Assembly: GCA_964234715.1 (NCBI GenBank)
Contig: OZ174283.1
Direction: 5' to 3' (one strand)
Length of the DNA stretch: 64,000 nucleotides
From: Podarcis melisellensis
Lineage: Eukaryota
A program made the position numbers and the translations under genes. This document shows, piece after piece, positions 11,796-26,042 of this stretch (the stretch's first letter is position 1; every line of letters starts with the position of its first letter). The notes under the pieces are model-generated. The model was not told the DNA's origin, did no database searches, and saw only the letters and a program-made list of their open reading frames with translations.

Positions 11796-14700
11796 TATGA
11801 AATTACCTTGGTTGAGGGTTTTCATATTTTGCAAAACCCTCACTTTGCTAGAGGAACCCCAGTTATTCACAAATACATGGCGTGGCCAAACAGAATGCAG
11901 AGCTGGAGACAGCACAGGGAACCGGCACATATGCACCATAGTCTATTGCCCCCCAGACTATGGCCTCACATCTAAGAGTGGTACAATTTTGTACCAGGCC
12001 TAGGCATAGCACAGGAAATCTCCCTCCCATTAACTTCAAGTGGTGGTGGAGAGGTTTAAAAAACTGTGTTGGCAGCTGCTCTACCTACATGACCACAATA
12101 AACAGAAGATATAGTCCAACTCAGGGATAGCCAATATGGCAAACTCGGGATGTTGTTGGACTCCAACTACCATCATCCCTGACCATTGACCATACTGGGC
12201 ACCACATTGGCTTCCCATGGTGTAACTCCATACCCAATCACCACCAATATATAAATCCCATATGTGGTAACAACAGGGAGAAAGGTGAAGCTAAGACACA
12301 GCAAAGCACCCTTTGGACAGGACCATGGAGAGTTCCCTTAAGCTATATCTGCCTAGCAGTACTTCAGAATGAGATGCTACCTTGTCTGCATGTCCTCCTG
12401 AAGTCTGGTCTGATAGCTTCTCAGAAGGGGTGGAGCCAGCAGGAGGTGTATGTTGCTTAATGGGCCACTGTCCTATTCTGCAGCCACTTGCTCTTATTGT
12501 GCAGAGGGCTGCCTAGGAGAGATATCCCCTGAATCAGAAGAGTTGGGCAAGGTCGCATCCTCTGGCCTGGAGGATCCAGGAGTATGGAAGGGAGGTGCCA
12601 GCTGCCCTGGCACTGCCTCCACCTCATATGGGACCTTCTCTGAGATGCATTATGGATTGAGATCCAAGAACACAACAGGGGCTGATGGAGTGAAGGTGCT
12701 ATGGTGTCGGTGTGCTAGGGGCATTTCCCTAGTTTTGTGAGTTTGATGGCTCCCTCTATGTCTGTGTGGCATGTGGATGTCATTGCTGACACCTTCACTC
12801 AGTGGTAGGCACTGGTGGGATTCTAGGGCTTCACACACACAAAAAGGCAATGCAATGAATCCTCATCAATATAACACACAATCTCTTAAGTTTCTTATAC
12901 CAGAGTAGGGTCATTAAAAATCAATGGAGTGAGTCTACTCTGACTATGACTAATGATGGATATCACCCAGTCATTCCAATAGGGGTCTCTTTTTCAAAGC
13001 ACATTGGTGTGTGGAGTTCTGAAGTTAACTTTTTAAAATCAACTTCTTATTGATGTTTACCCTTTGCAAGACTGGTGTGTCTTGTTAAATCACCAGGAGT
13101 TAAGGGATGCACTGGTCTTCTTTTTCTTCCTATTCCTGTTCTGAGTTTTTATCACATACAGCTTTTGCTGATATTGAGTAGAGATATGAAGACCTGGAGG
13201 TGGTGGAAAAAATGGAGGGGAGATCAGTTTTTCAAAAAACAAAAAAACAAAAACCTGTTTCCCCACCCAAGCCTTCACATCTCTAATATTGAGACAGGAA
13301 ATAAGAAGTTTTAGAAAGGGACATTCTTATGCATATGTTGGGGGGGGGGTTGCAGGGGGCATCTACAAACCCTGACTACAAGCAAGTCCCAGGCTTTCCG
13401 CAATTTCTCCAGAAGTGTATATTCTGTAGTGTGCTTCTGCCCTTTTTTTCTGCAGCTGAAAGGATTTGGCCAGCAGCATCTCGAGTCTCAAGCTAAATCA
13501 TTCATTAGCTTTGAGAGAAAGGGAGTAGCTTTAGGAGAGAACAGTCCTTGAATCATCTCTCATTTTGCATGACACAAAGCAAAAGGTGGCCATCACATTA
13601 ATTACAGCATTTAGCATAACATTTGAATGTATGTAAATAAAAGTAATTATGATAATCACCATGACATTAGAGGATTGATGCTACTTTGTAATTATGCCCT
13701 TTCTCATAAGGAACTGTCCCAGTAATTTGGGCTTGAAATTGCCATGGCCCCTAATAAGTTTATGCCCAAGGTAGCAATGTCAGGTTTTGTTGGTACTGTA
13801 AGGGGTTCTCCAGCTTTATTGCAGAAAGCCCTGGAGCATGAAAAATAAAACTGTTCAGCCTTCTCACAAGTTCAGTGTAATCATCAGCTGGTATGTGCAG
13901 AACATTTTATGAGACATGCATATTATCAAGTTTCAAGCACCATCCCCACCATGATTTGGTAGCCCCAAGACTGCTACTCCTGTGAAAGTAAGAGGATGCT
14001 TTGACTTAACAAAAAAGATGTGTGAAGGATGGACTACTGCACATCTAGCATAGGTCCAATGCTGTAGATAAGAGATGGGGGCCTATAGCCTTCCAAAAGT
14101 CATTGGACTAAAAAATCTATCAACCCCAGCCAGTGTGGTCAATGGTCAGGGTCTATGGCAGTTGTAGTCCAAAAACATCTGGAGAACCAGAGGTTTACCA
14201 TCTCTGGTATATACGCTATGGACAGCTATTTGAATGAGTTTTCTATCTGAAGGGTGCTGTAGTGGTGCGTGTGGTTGCCCGGAGCCACCCTCCTCACTCC
14301 AGCATTGGTGTGCTGCTGCCTTACTATCTGGACTAGGGTAGGGTGGCAGTGAAATTGGGGCTGCATGGCTGCACTTGGCAGTGGTCCCACAGGATGCAGC
14401 CACACACCCCAGCTCAACCCTGGCCAGGTTAAACAGTAGTGACACCATTGCTAGGAGGACAGTCCACCATACCACACACTGCTCTTGCATGCACCTGGTT
14501 ACAATCTTCCACACTATGGTGAGGTGCCCTTCCATTTAAATTATAGGACTGGGTTCATATATCTGCTTCTGCTAGTGGAAGTCTGTGCAAGGACTTCTGC
14601 TAATGGCTTTCCCCCCATCCCTCCCCCAAATTGACTCAGGGAGGCTCAGGAGGGAACAGGAGAGTAGAGACTATTCCATCAGGCAAGCAGAAATGATTGT

Positions 14701-17097
14701 GCTGATGGAACAATCTCCCTTAGCACTGTGCTGCATCCCTCCCATAGAATTGTCTAAATAATGCTGAAGTAACCATCCTAGGCTGGAACAGGTAATAACT
14801 GGATGAGATAAACTGAAGCTGAGTGCCAGTGAAGACCAAGGTGCTAACAGAACAGGAATTCGATTTAGCCCTATTTTGATGGAGCTGCACTCCCACAAAG
14901 GCATCAGGTGCTGCTCAGCTTGGGAGAGGTGTGTTGCTTTTAGACCTGGGCCTTACAAAGGGAGCCCTGTTAACATCTCCACCTCTTTATAACCTCTGAC
15001 CAATTTCATCTGGCATGACAAATGCAGCCTTTCTTGGAAAGAAGGAAATCTAATCACAATTATTCATGCTCCAATAACATCCAGGCTCAATCATTTCAGT
15101 TTTGGGGGACTGCCTTTGAAGCTTGCTCAGAAACTTCAATTGATTCTGAACAGAACAACAAGATTCCTAATGGGTAACAGCAATAGGGAACACACAAATC
15201 ATGGAGAGAAAAAACAGCACTCCTCTGGCTTACAATTTGTTGGCTGGCTCAATCTGAAGTATTGGTGTTGGCCTATAAAGCCCTCCAAGGCTTGGAACCT
15301 GGAAACCTGAAGGACTGCTTGCTCCCAGATGGATCTGCCTGGCTAGTAAGATTTCCATGCGCCCCTCTTAGATCACCCACATTTCAGTGTCCTTTTATGT
15401 ATAATTCAAAAAGAGGAAACACATCTCCAAAAAAATGAGGGCAAAACAGATTTGCATAAAATGTGCATCTGTTAATATATATGTATAGATGCGCATTTTG
15501 AAATAAACTACTCCAATTTATGTGGAAATAGAATATCTCTCACCACAACAGAGAAACTGGGGCAAGATTACCTGTGTTCCTGCTCGGTTGATGGGCAGCT
15601 TCCAGATATTAGGAAGAACTTGTTCTACAGAGTCCCTTGGGAGATGGTGGACTTCACTGGGGAATTGAAGCCGATGTTGGGTTGTGATCTGTCATGGATG
15701 CTTTAGTTGTGATTCCTTCACTGCAGAGGGTTGGACTAGATGACACAGGGTCCTTTCTATGCTTCTATTATTTAACTTCTTATGATGCGTTTTCTTAAAT
15801 CCAGATTGTAGCCACAGAGATAAAAAGAGTCATTCCGTTGTCTGGATAGGTTACTTCCTGGTTCACATGAAAAAGCCATTTTCAAGACTTGGTCCCCTTG
15901 ATCTGATTTTGTCTATTGTGACTTAACTTTGCCTACCTGGATGGACTTGACTTTATCTGCTGGACTTGACTTTCCCAGACACCGCCAGCTTCCCCTGTGA
16001 GACTCAAGAAGCCACAGAGCAGGACACAAGCCTATTGTTGTTCTTCCCATTGTTCTTCCCAAGAAGGAGAAGCTGTAGTAATGGAGACAGGTGCTGTATT
16101 TGGAGGAAGGTGGAAGGTTGGAGCTCTCCCTCTGCGAAATCTCCCAGGCCTTTAACTATTCGATAATAACTGCTTGATATTTGCTCTACGAATCCGCAAC
16201 GAAATCCAGGCTTTCGCTCTGAAATGTAAGGTAAACAAACATAGAGTCAGGGATCACCAAACAAGTAATAACATTTCATCAGGGGGATTGCATCCAAAGG
16301 AAAATCCCAGCGGAAGGGGACATTGTGGGTTAGTTTTTATAATGCCGGTGCGTCCAGGGAATAGAATATAACCGATGAAGTCCTGACCAAGTCAAGTGCA
16401 GTGAACAGTTTGATTTCATAACTGTGCAAAGAAGGTGAATCCCCACAGGAAGGACTGTGAATGCTGGGCTCTTTTTATATATTGGCATAGACAGAATGAA
16501 TTTCTTTTTCAGTGGGGGAATAGCTATCACAGTTGACTTTATTTTCTTTTCCATCTGCTAGGGGGAATATTACAGGAAATCGAAGACAATGATGTGGACA
16601 ATTTAGCTTTAATAAAACAGAATCCATTATGCAAAGTAGTATCAATATATCCCTAGTCTCCCTTGCCTCACCCCGCCCCCCTAAGAAAACCTCTGGGAAT
16701 TTGTATTATTTTTCTAGAACTGTATTATCCCAAAAATCAGTTCTGGGTGCTTAATTTCATTGAATGATTAAATTTTAACCAATACTGTAGAATTAAGGGA
16801 ACTAGACAAGGAATGTCATGTAAAACTCTTTCTTTCAGTGAGAAAGCAGTGTAGATTAGGACTGAAATGTAAGTTTGTTGAGGAACTGCAGCTCGGTGGT
16901 AGAGGACATGCATTGCATGCTAAAGATCCCTGGTTCAGTCCTCAGCATCTGCTGACAGGGCTGGAGAGTTACTCCCTGTCAATGAAGACAATATTAAGCT
17001 AGATAGACCAACAGTTTGACTTTGTGCAAGGAAACTTGCTCGGTTGGTAGCCATTATTCTGCTCTGCATGGGTGGGTGGGGGGAGAGAACCTGCTTT

Positions 17098-17099
17098 TA

Positions 17100-17143
<44 letters not shown>
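17098..17143. repeat. (ATT)n microsatellite
   Basis: Seen directly. Confidence 0.95.
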
Positions 17144-17376
17144 GTGCTTGGGATCACACATATGGACTGTTTTCTGTGCTCTTCTCCTTGGTGCCATTTC
17201 TTTCTGCTTCTTTGCCCTCAGGTACCTCAGCTTCATTTGCCCACAGTGCTGTTTCATCCTATTGACTGTGAAGACCCATGTGACTTCACTGATGACACCA
17301 TATTTCTGTGTGGTGTGGTGATGTCATGAACTTGCATAAACAAAATCAATGCCACAGTCACCGATTCAGCTAGAAT

Positions 17377-17586
17377 CAGGGGTGGCCAGTTCCCAAGAGA
17401 CTGCAATCTACTCACAGAGTTAAAAGCTAGCAGTGATCTACCCCCTTTTGGGGATTTCAGATCAAAGTTTTTGAGCTTTTTTTAGGCAAGCCAAAGTTGT
17501 TGAGCTTCTTTAGGGGGAGCCAGTGATCTACCACAGACGTCTAGTGATCTACCGGTAGATCACGACCTACCTGTTGGACATGCCTG
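17377..17586. mobile_element. hAT-type MITE
   Basis: CAGGGGTGGCCA...TGGACATGCCTG termini; repeated GATCTAC subterminal motifs; imperfect TSD starting AGCTA. Confidence 0.7.
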
Positions 17587-19409
17587 AGCTACATGGCTGA
17601 GTGGATAGCTCATCGTTATAACAATTCCACCAACAAGAAGTATTAGCTCTGCTTCTACACGCACAAGTATCTGTGTCAACCAGCGGATTGTTTGGCTTAA
17701 CAGTGAGCACAGGGTTGCTCCCACCAAATCCTGCATATTCTACTCTTGTCAAGGTAAGAGGTGGGGCTGATGGATAGTAATAGGAGGCTGGTACACTTCA
17801 GAATGATGTTCTACCTGCTGCAGTTGCAAATCACTCAGGACTGTTTAGCACAGTTTCATAGTAGCATTATTCAAACATTCATCAGAATGTGCATATAGGT
17901 GAATTGCATCGCTCTTTCAGTTTGGTGTACTGAAAGAGTATACACACATTCAAGCTGTGCATGTATATGATCTGTCAACCCAAACAAATAACTTTTGAAG
18001 AGGCATGATTTCCCTGAGTGCATGGCTTGTATATGCACACAAATTGCATGTAGGCCCATAAGCAATACCAGGACCCCTAACCCTGGCCTATACAAGTTTG
18101 GCAAAATGGAGGAAAGAAGTGGTGCCCATAGACTACATACACAAAAAACCCTTTTATATATTATGCTGACAATGCATGGAGGCTACAACATATGCAATCC
18201 CATCCCTCCCCCTTATATGTGTTGAGATGAATATCTGAATAGCACTATGGATATATCTGGAGGTTCTCAAATCTAGAATTGCTTCATCACTTCAGCTGCC
18301 TGCTTTGGTACTGATATCACTTTTTGCCTGTATTGCTCAGTGTCTGGTGGTGGTTGCAAAGTTCCAGAAGAAATGTATCTAATCTAAAGTTAAAACAAAG
18401 TATGGAAAAGGTGGGGATCACAACTGATTTAAAGTTCTGTCACTGAATTCTATAACTGATCCCACTATTCATAATCTGAGTGTCTTAAACTTGTTTCACA
18501 GCATCTTGATTGGGTTTTCTCAGATGTCAAATATCATAAAGCAAGAAAGTGTCTTTCTGAGAGTTAAAGACAGACAAATTTATTGTGGCATAAGCTTCTA
18601 AGGTGCCTCGAGGCTTTTTGTTGTTTTCGGTGCAACAGACTTAACACGGCTACCCCTCTGGAAATTACATAAAATGTCAGCTATCAAAAACTATACAAAT
18701 TACATGTCAGCTGTAAATCTATATTGTATTGTGTTTGTGGCAGTGTAGCTTCTGGCATCCATTGGCTGAGCAGGTGTGATGGTATGGAATGCTCGTGAAC
18801 ATTCCAAATGCCCAGGCAGCAAAGCCAACAGAATGTTTTTGGTCCAGCTTCTGTGAGGGACTGGAAAAGCATAAATCAGGTGAGGACTAGGAAGAGTTCC
18901 TTGGAACATTAAAGGGGGGAGGTGCCTTGATGAAAGAAGAAGAGATCAGTTACACTAGGGATTGAGAGGCAGTGTGATGGGGACTGAATGGATGGATAAC
19001 TGACTAACCAGCCAACTGCAGGCATCTACTACCATTAAATATAATATAAATATATCTTTGCCTGTTAAATATAATCTAGGGTTTTTTTAAAAGTGAATTA
19101 GTCCTTTAAACTGAATGTAAATAGGGGGACCATGCTTCTACTTGTGATGTTGCCACAGATTATATGGCTGAATGACATGTGAAACTTTTCTCTACTGGAA
19201 GATCTTGCCAAACTGAGTGTTCTTGTTTTTCTTCTTCCTTTGATTTAAAGCCTTGACAGATCTGGGGCACTATGATTCAGAACAAACACTAATTCACACA
19301 TGAACTTGTGAAACATTTTATGAGAGTAAAAGCTGAACACAAGCTCTTTCCATCAGCTGGAACTTGACAGTCCTAAGTATTGGCATTAGAAAGCACCCCC
19401 TATCTAAAG

Positions 19410-19835
19410 TGTCAGGGAACTGCCATCAGTGCCGGAGGGAGGGAGCAAAATCCAGAGAGATTCCAGAGAGCATCCCGAGATTGGGAGAGGCAGCCCAAAT
19501 TCTGGGGAAGAGAATCAGCGTAGCACCAGTGGAGAAGGTGGGCAGATGGGGGAAGTGGCGAGGCGGTCCCATGACTCCTTGCCGGGGACCAGCGGGGAGA
19601 GTAGGGGTCCTCCGCTGCCTATGCCCTCCTTGCACAGAAGGCTTTCGTGCAGAGAGAGTAGGAGGAGACTAGGCGTCAAAGAGCTTCTTTGCTGGAAGAA
19701 GTTTAAGAAACGCCCACTGACGGATTCTGCCAGCGATTGAGGCAGCCACGGGTGAGTGGCAGAAAAGGTTCACTCAAGCAACCCAGCCAGGTGTTTGCAC
19801 TAGCTTACGCACGAGCAACCCCTAGAACCATTACA
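19410..19835. mobile_element. Solo LTR-like element, copy A
   Basis: TGTCAGGGAACTG...ACCATTACA; perfect 5-bp TSD TAAAG; homologous to 34568-34979. Confidence 0.85.
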
Positions 19836-20782
19836 TAAAGTTATACTTCCGCAAATTTTATTCCGAAGAGGTCCTCATTATCAAGATACGGATAAGTTCA
19901 AAGCACCAGGCTTTTTCTGTATTCAGAAGAGGAACAATATTCGTCATGTTCCAACATCACCGCTGCACTTCCTACCATAACTCATTTCATCAGGCAAGGG
20001 CTGTGACTTCAGGAGAACCAATTAGAGACTAATTGCTTTAAACACGGTCATACTTCATTGTGCAGCCTTAACAGTGAATCAATACACAATGGTTCTGCAT
20101 CAACTCAATCAAGATTCTCTTGGGAGGAAAGTTTTGGGCACCATCCTGTATCCACTCAAGAACTTCTCACTGACTAATAAAACCAAAACAAGCACATAAC
20201 CATATTTCTCCTCACAGGCATGACAGGGCCTAAGAAAAAGCATGCACAGGAATTATGCTTTAGTTTTCATTGGATGTCCACAAATTCCAGTGTTATAAGG
20301 GGGGGTGGGAGAGAAAAAAAGCTTTTCTCTATTTTCTTTCTCCATATCATGGCCCACAAGATTCACATACTCTTCCCATGCTCTCCTCCCCCTCCCCCCC
20401 CCAGCTCGGGCCCCGTAATCCAGTTCTGTGTTCTGTATTCCTCATTACATCTGAAACAGAGAAATATGGTTTAATGTTGGGTTACCAGCCAGGATCTTAA
20501 ACCTGGTTTAAACTATGGTTTAAGATCCTAGGATTTAGCATTTCAGACACAATCTCTGTCTTAGAGATTATGATGGCATGGAAGAAGAGAAAAGAAATGA
20601 AATGAGACAGATCTGGACCAATGCTTGTTCAGAATTTAGGAAGCTGGAATCAATGCATACAAACCAGCCCATGCTCAATGGTGTTTAGGCTACAGTTTGT
20701 AATTTGACTTCAAACATTTCTGTATTGTGGTAGCAGCATCCATGCACATAACTACCTTGATTAACTTTTACATAATATTATA

Positions 20783-21023
20783 CAGTGGTACCTCGGTTTT
20801 CGAACGTCTAAGAAGTGGGACGTTTTGGTTTTCGAACCCCGAAAACCCAGAAGTAATTGGTTCTATTTTAGAATGCTTTTTGGAAGTCAAACGGCTTCCG
20901 GGAAGGTTTTTTCAATTTGCTCCATTGACTTTGCAGACTGCCCTTTGCGCCTCAGTTGTCAGATGTTTCAGAAATCAAATGGTCTTCCAGAAGAGATTAC
21001 TTTTGACAACCGAGGTACCACTG
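20783..21023. mobile_element. Tc1/mariner-pogo MITE
   Basis: TIR CAGTGGTACCTCGGTT; TA TSD on both sides. A degenerate relative lies at 27065-27314. Confidence 0.88.
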
Positions 21024-21043
21024 TACACATTAACCAGGTAGGT

Positions 21044-21837
21044 NNNNNNNNNNNNNNNNNNNNNNNNNNNNNNNNNNNNNNNNNNNNNNNNNNNNNNNNN
21101 NNNNNNNNNNNNNNNNNNNNNNNNNNNNNNNNNNNNNNNNNNNNNNNNNNNNNNNNNNNNNNNNNNNNNNNNNNNNNNNNNNNNNNNNNNNNNNNNNNNN
21201 NNNNNNNNNNNNNNNNNNNNNNNNNNNNNNNNNNNNNNNNNNNNNNNNNNNNNNNNNNNNNNNNNNNNNNNNNNNNNNNNNNNNNNNNNNNNNNNNNNNN
21301 NNNNNNNNNNNNNNNNNNNNNNNNNNNNNNNNNNNNNNNNNNNNNNNNNNNNNNNNNNNNNNNNNNNNNNNNNNNNNNNNNNNNNNNNNNNNNNNNNNNN
21401 NNNNNNNNNNNNNNNNNNNNNNNNNNNNNNNNNNNNNNNNNNNNNNNNNNNNNNNNNNNNNNNNNNNNNNNNNNNNNNNNNNNNNNNNNNNNNNNNNNNN
21501 NNNNNNNNNNNNNNNNNNNNNNNNNNNNNNNNNNNNNNNNNNNNNNNNNNNNNNNNNNNNNNNNNNNNNNNNNNNNNNNNNNNNNNNNNNNNNNNNNNNN
21601 NNNNNNNNNNNNNNNNNNNNNNNNNNNNNNNNNNNNNNNNNNNNNNNNNNNNNNNNNNNNNNNNNNNNNNNNNNNNNNNNNNNNNNNNNNNNNNNNNNNN
21701 NNNNNNNNNNNNNNNNNNNNNNNNNNNNNNNNNNNNNNNNNNNNNNNNNNNNNNNNNNNNNNNNNNNNNNNNNNNNNNNNNNNNNNNNNNNNNNNNNNNN
21801 NNNNNNNNNNNNNNNNNNNNNNNNNNNNNNNNNNNNN
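21044..21837. other. Assembly gap
   Basis: Run of N. Confidence 1.
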
Positions 21838-22247
21838 TTGGCTTTCTGTCAGAAGAAACTGCAAGGCAGTAAAAATGTTCAGTAAACCCCTTTTATCGTT
21901 TTAATGGAAACTTTAACAATGAATGAGGAAAGGTCTAATCTCTATTCAAAAAGCTGATAAGACAAGTGTGAGCACCTCATATCCTCAGAGTAGTGAAGTA
22001 ATCAAAGTTTCCTAGTACCATGGCAAATATATATAATTTGTAATAAATATTGCACTTCCTCCACAATGCAGCAGGAATAGAAGGGAAATATGGTATACAT
22101 TTCCTTCTTCCTGACTGTAGTACATCTGCAGACTGCAGTACCTTGTATTGCTTTGATTGCAAAAGAAAGGGAAAAGGGAAATTGCACAGATTTTGGAGTG
22201 CAAATAATATATACGAGTAGCATAAATGAAATTATAACAAGAAGGAA

Positions 22248-22615
22248 GGTAAAGGTAAAGGTAAAGGTACCCCTGCCCGTACGGGCCAGTCTTGCCAGAC
22301 TCTGGGGTTGTGCGCCCATCTCACTCAAGAGGCCAGGGGCCAGCGCTGTCCGGAGACACTTCCGGGTCACATGGCCAGCGTGACAAAGCTGCATCTGGCG
22401 AGCCAGAGCTGCACACGGAAACGCCGTTTACCTTCCCGCTGGTAAGCGGTCCCTATTTATCTACTTGCACCCGGGGGTGCTTTCGAACTGCTAGGTTGGC
22501 AGGCGCTGGGACCGAGCAGCGGGAGCGCACCCCGCCGCAGGGATTCGAACTGCCGACCTTTCGATCGGCAAGTCCTAGGCGTTGAGGCTTTAACCCACAG
22601 CGCCACCTGCGTCCC
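22248..22615 (-). mobile_element. Sauria SINE (CpG-rich variant subfamily)
   Basis: (ACCTTT)n tail; TSD TAACAAGAA(G/C)GAA. Confidence 0.9.
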
Positions 22616-22716
22616 TAACAAGAACGAAACATGCATCAAAATGTAGATTCATGTGTGCAGAAATAAATGCATACAAAAATGCATCTCCATATAAAAACTG
22701 CACATATTATTGGCAG

Positions 22717-23280
22717 ACAGTGGCGTTGCAAGGGGGTGGGGGGCGGTGCGTCCCAGAGGTCATGTCTGGAGACAAGAAGGCACCCCATGTGGTGCTCGCC
22801 CCGCCGCCCCCGGGTGAGGCGATGCAAGCAGCCATCGCGCCACTGCAGCCACATGTGGAGGATCCTTCGTTTGCAGCTGCGGCCATGAGCAGAGGATCCT
22901 GCCACCGTCCATACGCCGTTCGAGCAGCGCCAGCGGCAAACCGCTACGTACAACGCATGCGTGGCATCGCATACATGCGCTCTACGTAGCGACGCCACAC
23001 ACACACACTGTACATAGCGGTTTGCTGCTGGCGCCGCTCGAGTGCTATACAGACGGTGGTGGGATCCTGCCACCACCGCTACAGCCGCAAGCGGAGGATC
23101 CCACCACCATCCGTATGGTGCTCAGGCGGTGCCGGAGGCAAACCGCTACATACAACACATGTGCAGTGTCACACGCATATGCTGTGCATAGTGACCCCAC
23201 ACATGCACCCTACATAACGGTGCCACGCGTGTGTCATACATAGCGGTGCAACATGTGTGCAGCTGGCGGTTTGCCTCACC
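22717..23280. repeat. CpG-rich foldback/tandem repeat of unknown family, preceded by a small CAGTGGCG...CGCCACTG MITE
   Basis: Inverted arms 22893-22951 and 23009-23067; a third arm copy from 23096. Confidence 0.7.
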
Positions 23281-23949
23281 CCAGCTGTTGGTTAGCATCC
23301 GTTCACCCGTTGGCAGGACCCTTATTGCTTTAGCATGTGCCTAGTTGAAAGGTTGAAAGACATCGGAAGAACCCTGGAAAGCCAATGTGCACCAGAATGG
23401 GCAATACTGGCCTACATGGACCAACAGAATGAGTTTATGAGATGCAGCACTTCTTTTGGGTTGGGGAGGCAGAAGACATGGCAGCCAAATTGCTAAAGCT
23501 TGCAAATCCACGGAACAGCCCTGTTGCATAAGGCCTATTAGCCAATCTAGCCCAGCATCCTGTCCTCATTCCAGCCAACCAGATGCCTGCCAGTAGGGAA
23601 GGATGGTTTTGGTTTGGGTTTCCTCATTTTCCCTATTTTCAATTCAATTCCGCAACAATTTATGATTTAAAAAAATAATAATCCTCAACTATATTTAGCA
23701 GCATTTTAGTGAGAATTTCTGGTAATCAGTGCTTTTTGAGGAGGGTACTCAAGGGAACTTTTTTCCAAATGTTAAAAGTTTGGCATTTACTGTAACAGCA
23801 ATGTATATGGTGAGTACTGGCACCTTTTTTCCTTTCCTTTTTTTTTAAGCACTGCTCATAACATGGCAGGCAGTTTTGACTCATGAACACGTTTCTGTGA
23901 GCAATTTTTCTTAATATAATGCATTTTGCCTATTATTTTCATAAATTTA

Positions 23950-24206
23950 TAGTGGTACCTCAGGTTACGGACACTTCAGATACAGGTACTTCAGATTACA
24001 GACACTTCAGGTTACAGACTCCACTAACCCAGAAATAGTAACTCGGATTAAGAACTTTGCTTCAGGATGAGAACAGAAATCGCATGGCGGTGGCACGGCA
24101 GCAGTGGGAGGCCCCGTAAGCTAAAGTGGTACCTCAGGTTAAGAACAGTTTCAAGTTAAGAACAGACCTCCAGAACAAATTAACTTCTTAACCCGAGGTA
24201 CCACTG
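23950..24206. mobile_element. Tc1/mariner-pogo MITE
   Basis: AGTGGTACCTC TIRs; TA flanks; internal short tandem CTTCAG-TACAG units. Confidence 0.88.
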
Positions 24207-24833
24207 TATTCATTTTTATGACCCTTTCCCTTAATTATGTGCATTTTTGTTATATGTGCTTGGTTGGAGAACTGCGCTGCAAAATTCAGATAAATGTGAA
24301 TCTCAAAGGCTGTGTTCTGATTCTCATATTGTTTTGGAAAATGTGAATTGGGTAGGTTTTCGTTTAAATACAACTGGTATTCAAAGACATACTGCCTCCA
24401 CCAGCAGAGAGAGTGAATAGCCATTGTGGCTAGTAGCCACTGATAAGTCTATTTCTCCCCTGGATTTGTCTAATCCTCTTTTAAAGCTATCCAAGGCGTG
24501 GTTTGTTTGCCATCATTACAGCTTGTGGGAGCAAAATAAGAACATGAAAAATGAGAGTGGATCTCCCTCTCTCTGCTCTCAGAGAGCGAGGCCCCCAAAA
24601 TCCTGTGGCCCTTGGGGCACCTTCCCAGGGACCACAGTATTGTGTTCAAAGGCAGTTATGTATGACCATGCAGAAAAGCAATCCATCCTTAAATCATGTC
24701 CCAGATCCATAAGACCATAAGATCCATAAGACCATAAGAGACCCACCGGGTCAGACTAAGAGTCAGGTGCTTCCGGAGAGCCTGCAAGTAGGACATGAGT
24801 GCAATAACACTCCAGGCTGAATATCTAATACAT

Positions 24834-24988
24834 ACGTATTTTTCTGTGTATAAGACGCCCCCTATTTTTTGGAACTCAAAATTAAGAAAATGCACTATAT
24901 ATACACTATCCATGTATAAGTCACCCCCTTATTTTAAACTTGAAAATTTTAGGGGAAAAATATAGTCTTATACACGGAAAAATATGGT
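24834..24988. mobile_element. pogo/Tigger-like MITE
   Basis: TIR CGTATTTTTCTGTGTATAAGAC / GTCTTATACACGGAAAAATATG. Confidence 0.75.
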
Positions 24989-25209
24989 ATATGGAACTTT
25001 TAACACCTGCAGCCTCCCCAATTCAGCTTAATGTATTAGTGGAGCAGCATTCCTCGCTGAAGTTTATGTAAAGTTCCTACGGCAGTAGGAGCAATGCACA
25101 CAAAGAGGTTCCATATTCAGAAGGAACCACTAGACTAGGACACGCCAAGGCATGCAATTCGTCAAACTCTGTGGCATCAGCATTGCCTGATCGATTTGCG
25201 CGGTAATTT

Positions 25210-25284
25210 TGCAACAAAAATCAAAGCAAAAACTTGAAATAGCTACTGTAATGTTAAAATGGTTAATTTTTGTTCTCTTTTAAT
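25210..25284 (-). terminator. Probable SLC39A8 polyadenylation signal (ATTAAA 25279-25284) with U/GU-rich downstream element; 3' UTR about 0.78 kb
   Basis: Minus-strand ATTAAA followed ~45 nt later by GTTTTTGCTTTGATTTTTGTTG; the interval from the stop codon is AT-rich and repeat-free. Confidence 0.55.
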
Positions 25285-26042
25285 ATATATATCTATATAT
25301 AAGGCCAGAGCCTTTTAAGCATGATGCACATAATAAAGTTGAAATTTTAACATCACTTAATAAAAAAATGTGCTTCTCATAATAAAGCCCACAGTACCCT
25401 TGAAAAAGAGTGATCAAAAGCACTAAGTGGTATAATTAATCCAGTGTTAATTGGTAATTGGAATCTTTGCATTATTTATGCAAATGTACTAAAGCAAGTA
25501 TAATTTTTTTAAAAAAATAATAATAATCTGCCCCCAAAGGAGGAAAAGTCTAAAGCTATTTTGAAACCATTTGTATCGCAGTTAGAAATGTGGCCATGGG
25601 TCTTCTGTAAAAAGTTCCTTGTAAACGAAATCGTATTTGTTTTAGCCAGAATCATCTTGCAGATGTCCCTGCTGCTGGATGCTTCTTAAAGTGTATGCAA
25701 TACTTTCTGTATACAGTGGTATAGGTGACTTCTCAATTAAAACTACAAAGGTGGCAATCCAGGGCTCTTTGTGATGAATAGGAAGTTGTGTGCTGAAGTT
25801 AACGGCACAATTCTTGAAGGCAGAGGAAATCCCACAGGTACTGGAGTGCCCACATGTTTAAGTCTTTATGCGGCACAAGTGATTATTATCATGCTGACAC
25901 AAAAACCAAAAGTATTCGTTCCAACGAAAATGGGATGTCAGATCAAATCCTTTATAACTTCCAAAGTCCCTTTTATGGAGTTCAAGAGTTCTTCCATTTT
26001 TAATTTACTAAGTGTCTTCTTTATCACATCTCCAACATTACA

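Noticed and set aside
20825-21904. 359-aa and 298-aa ORFs
   Set aside because: Artefacts of translating the N gap.
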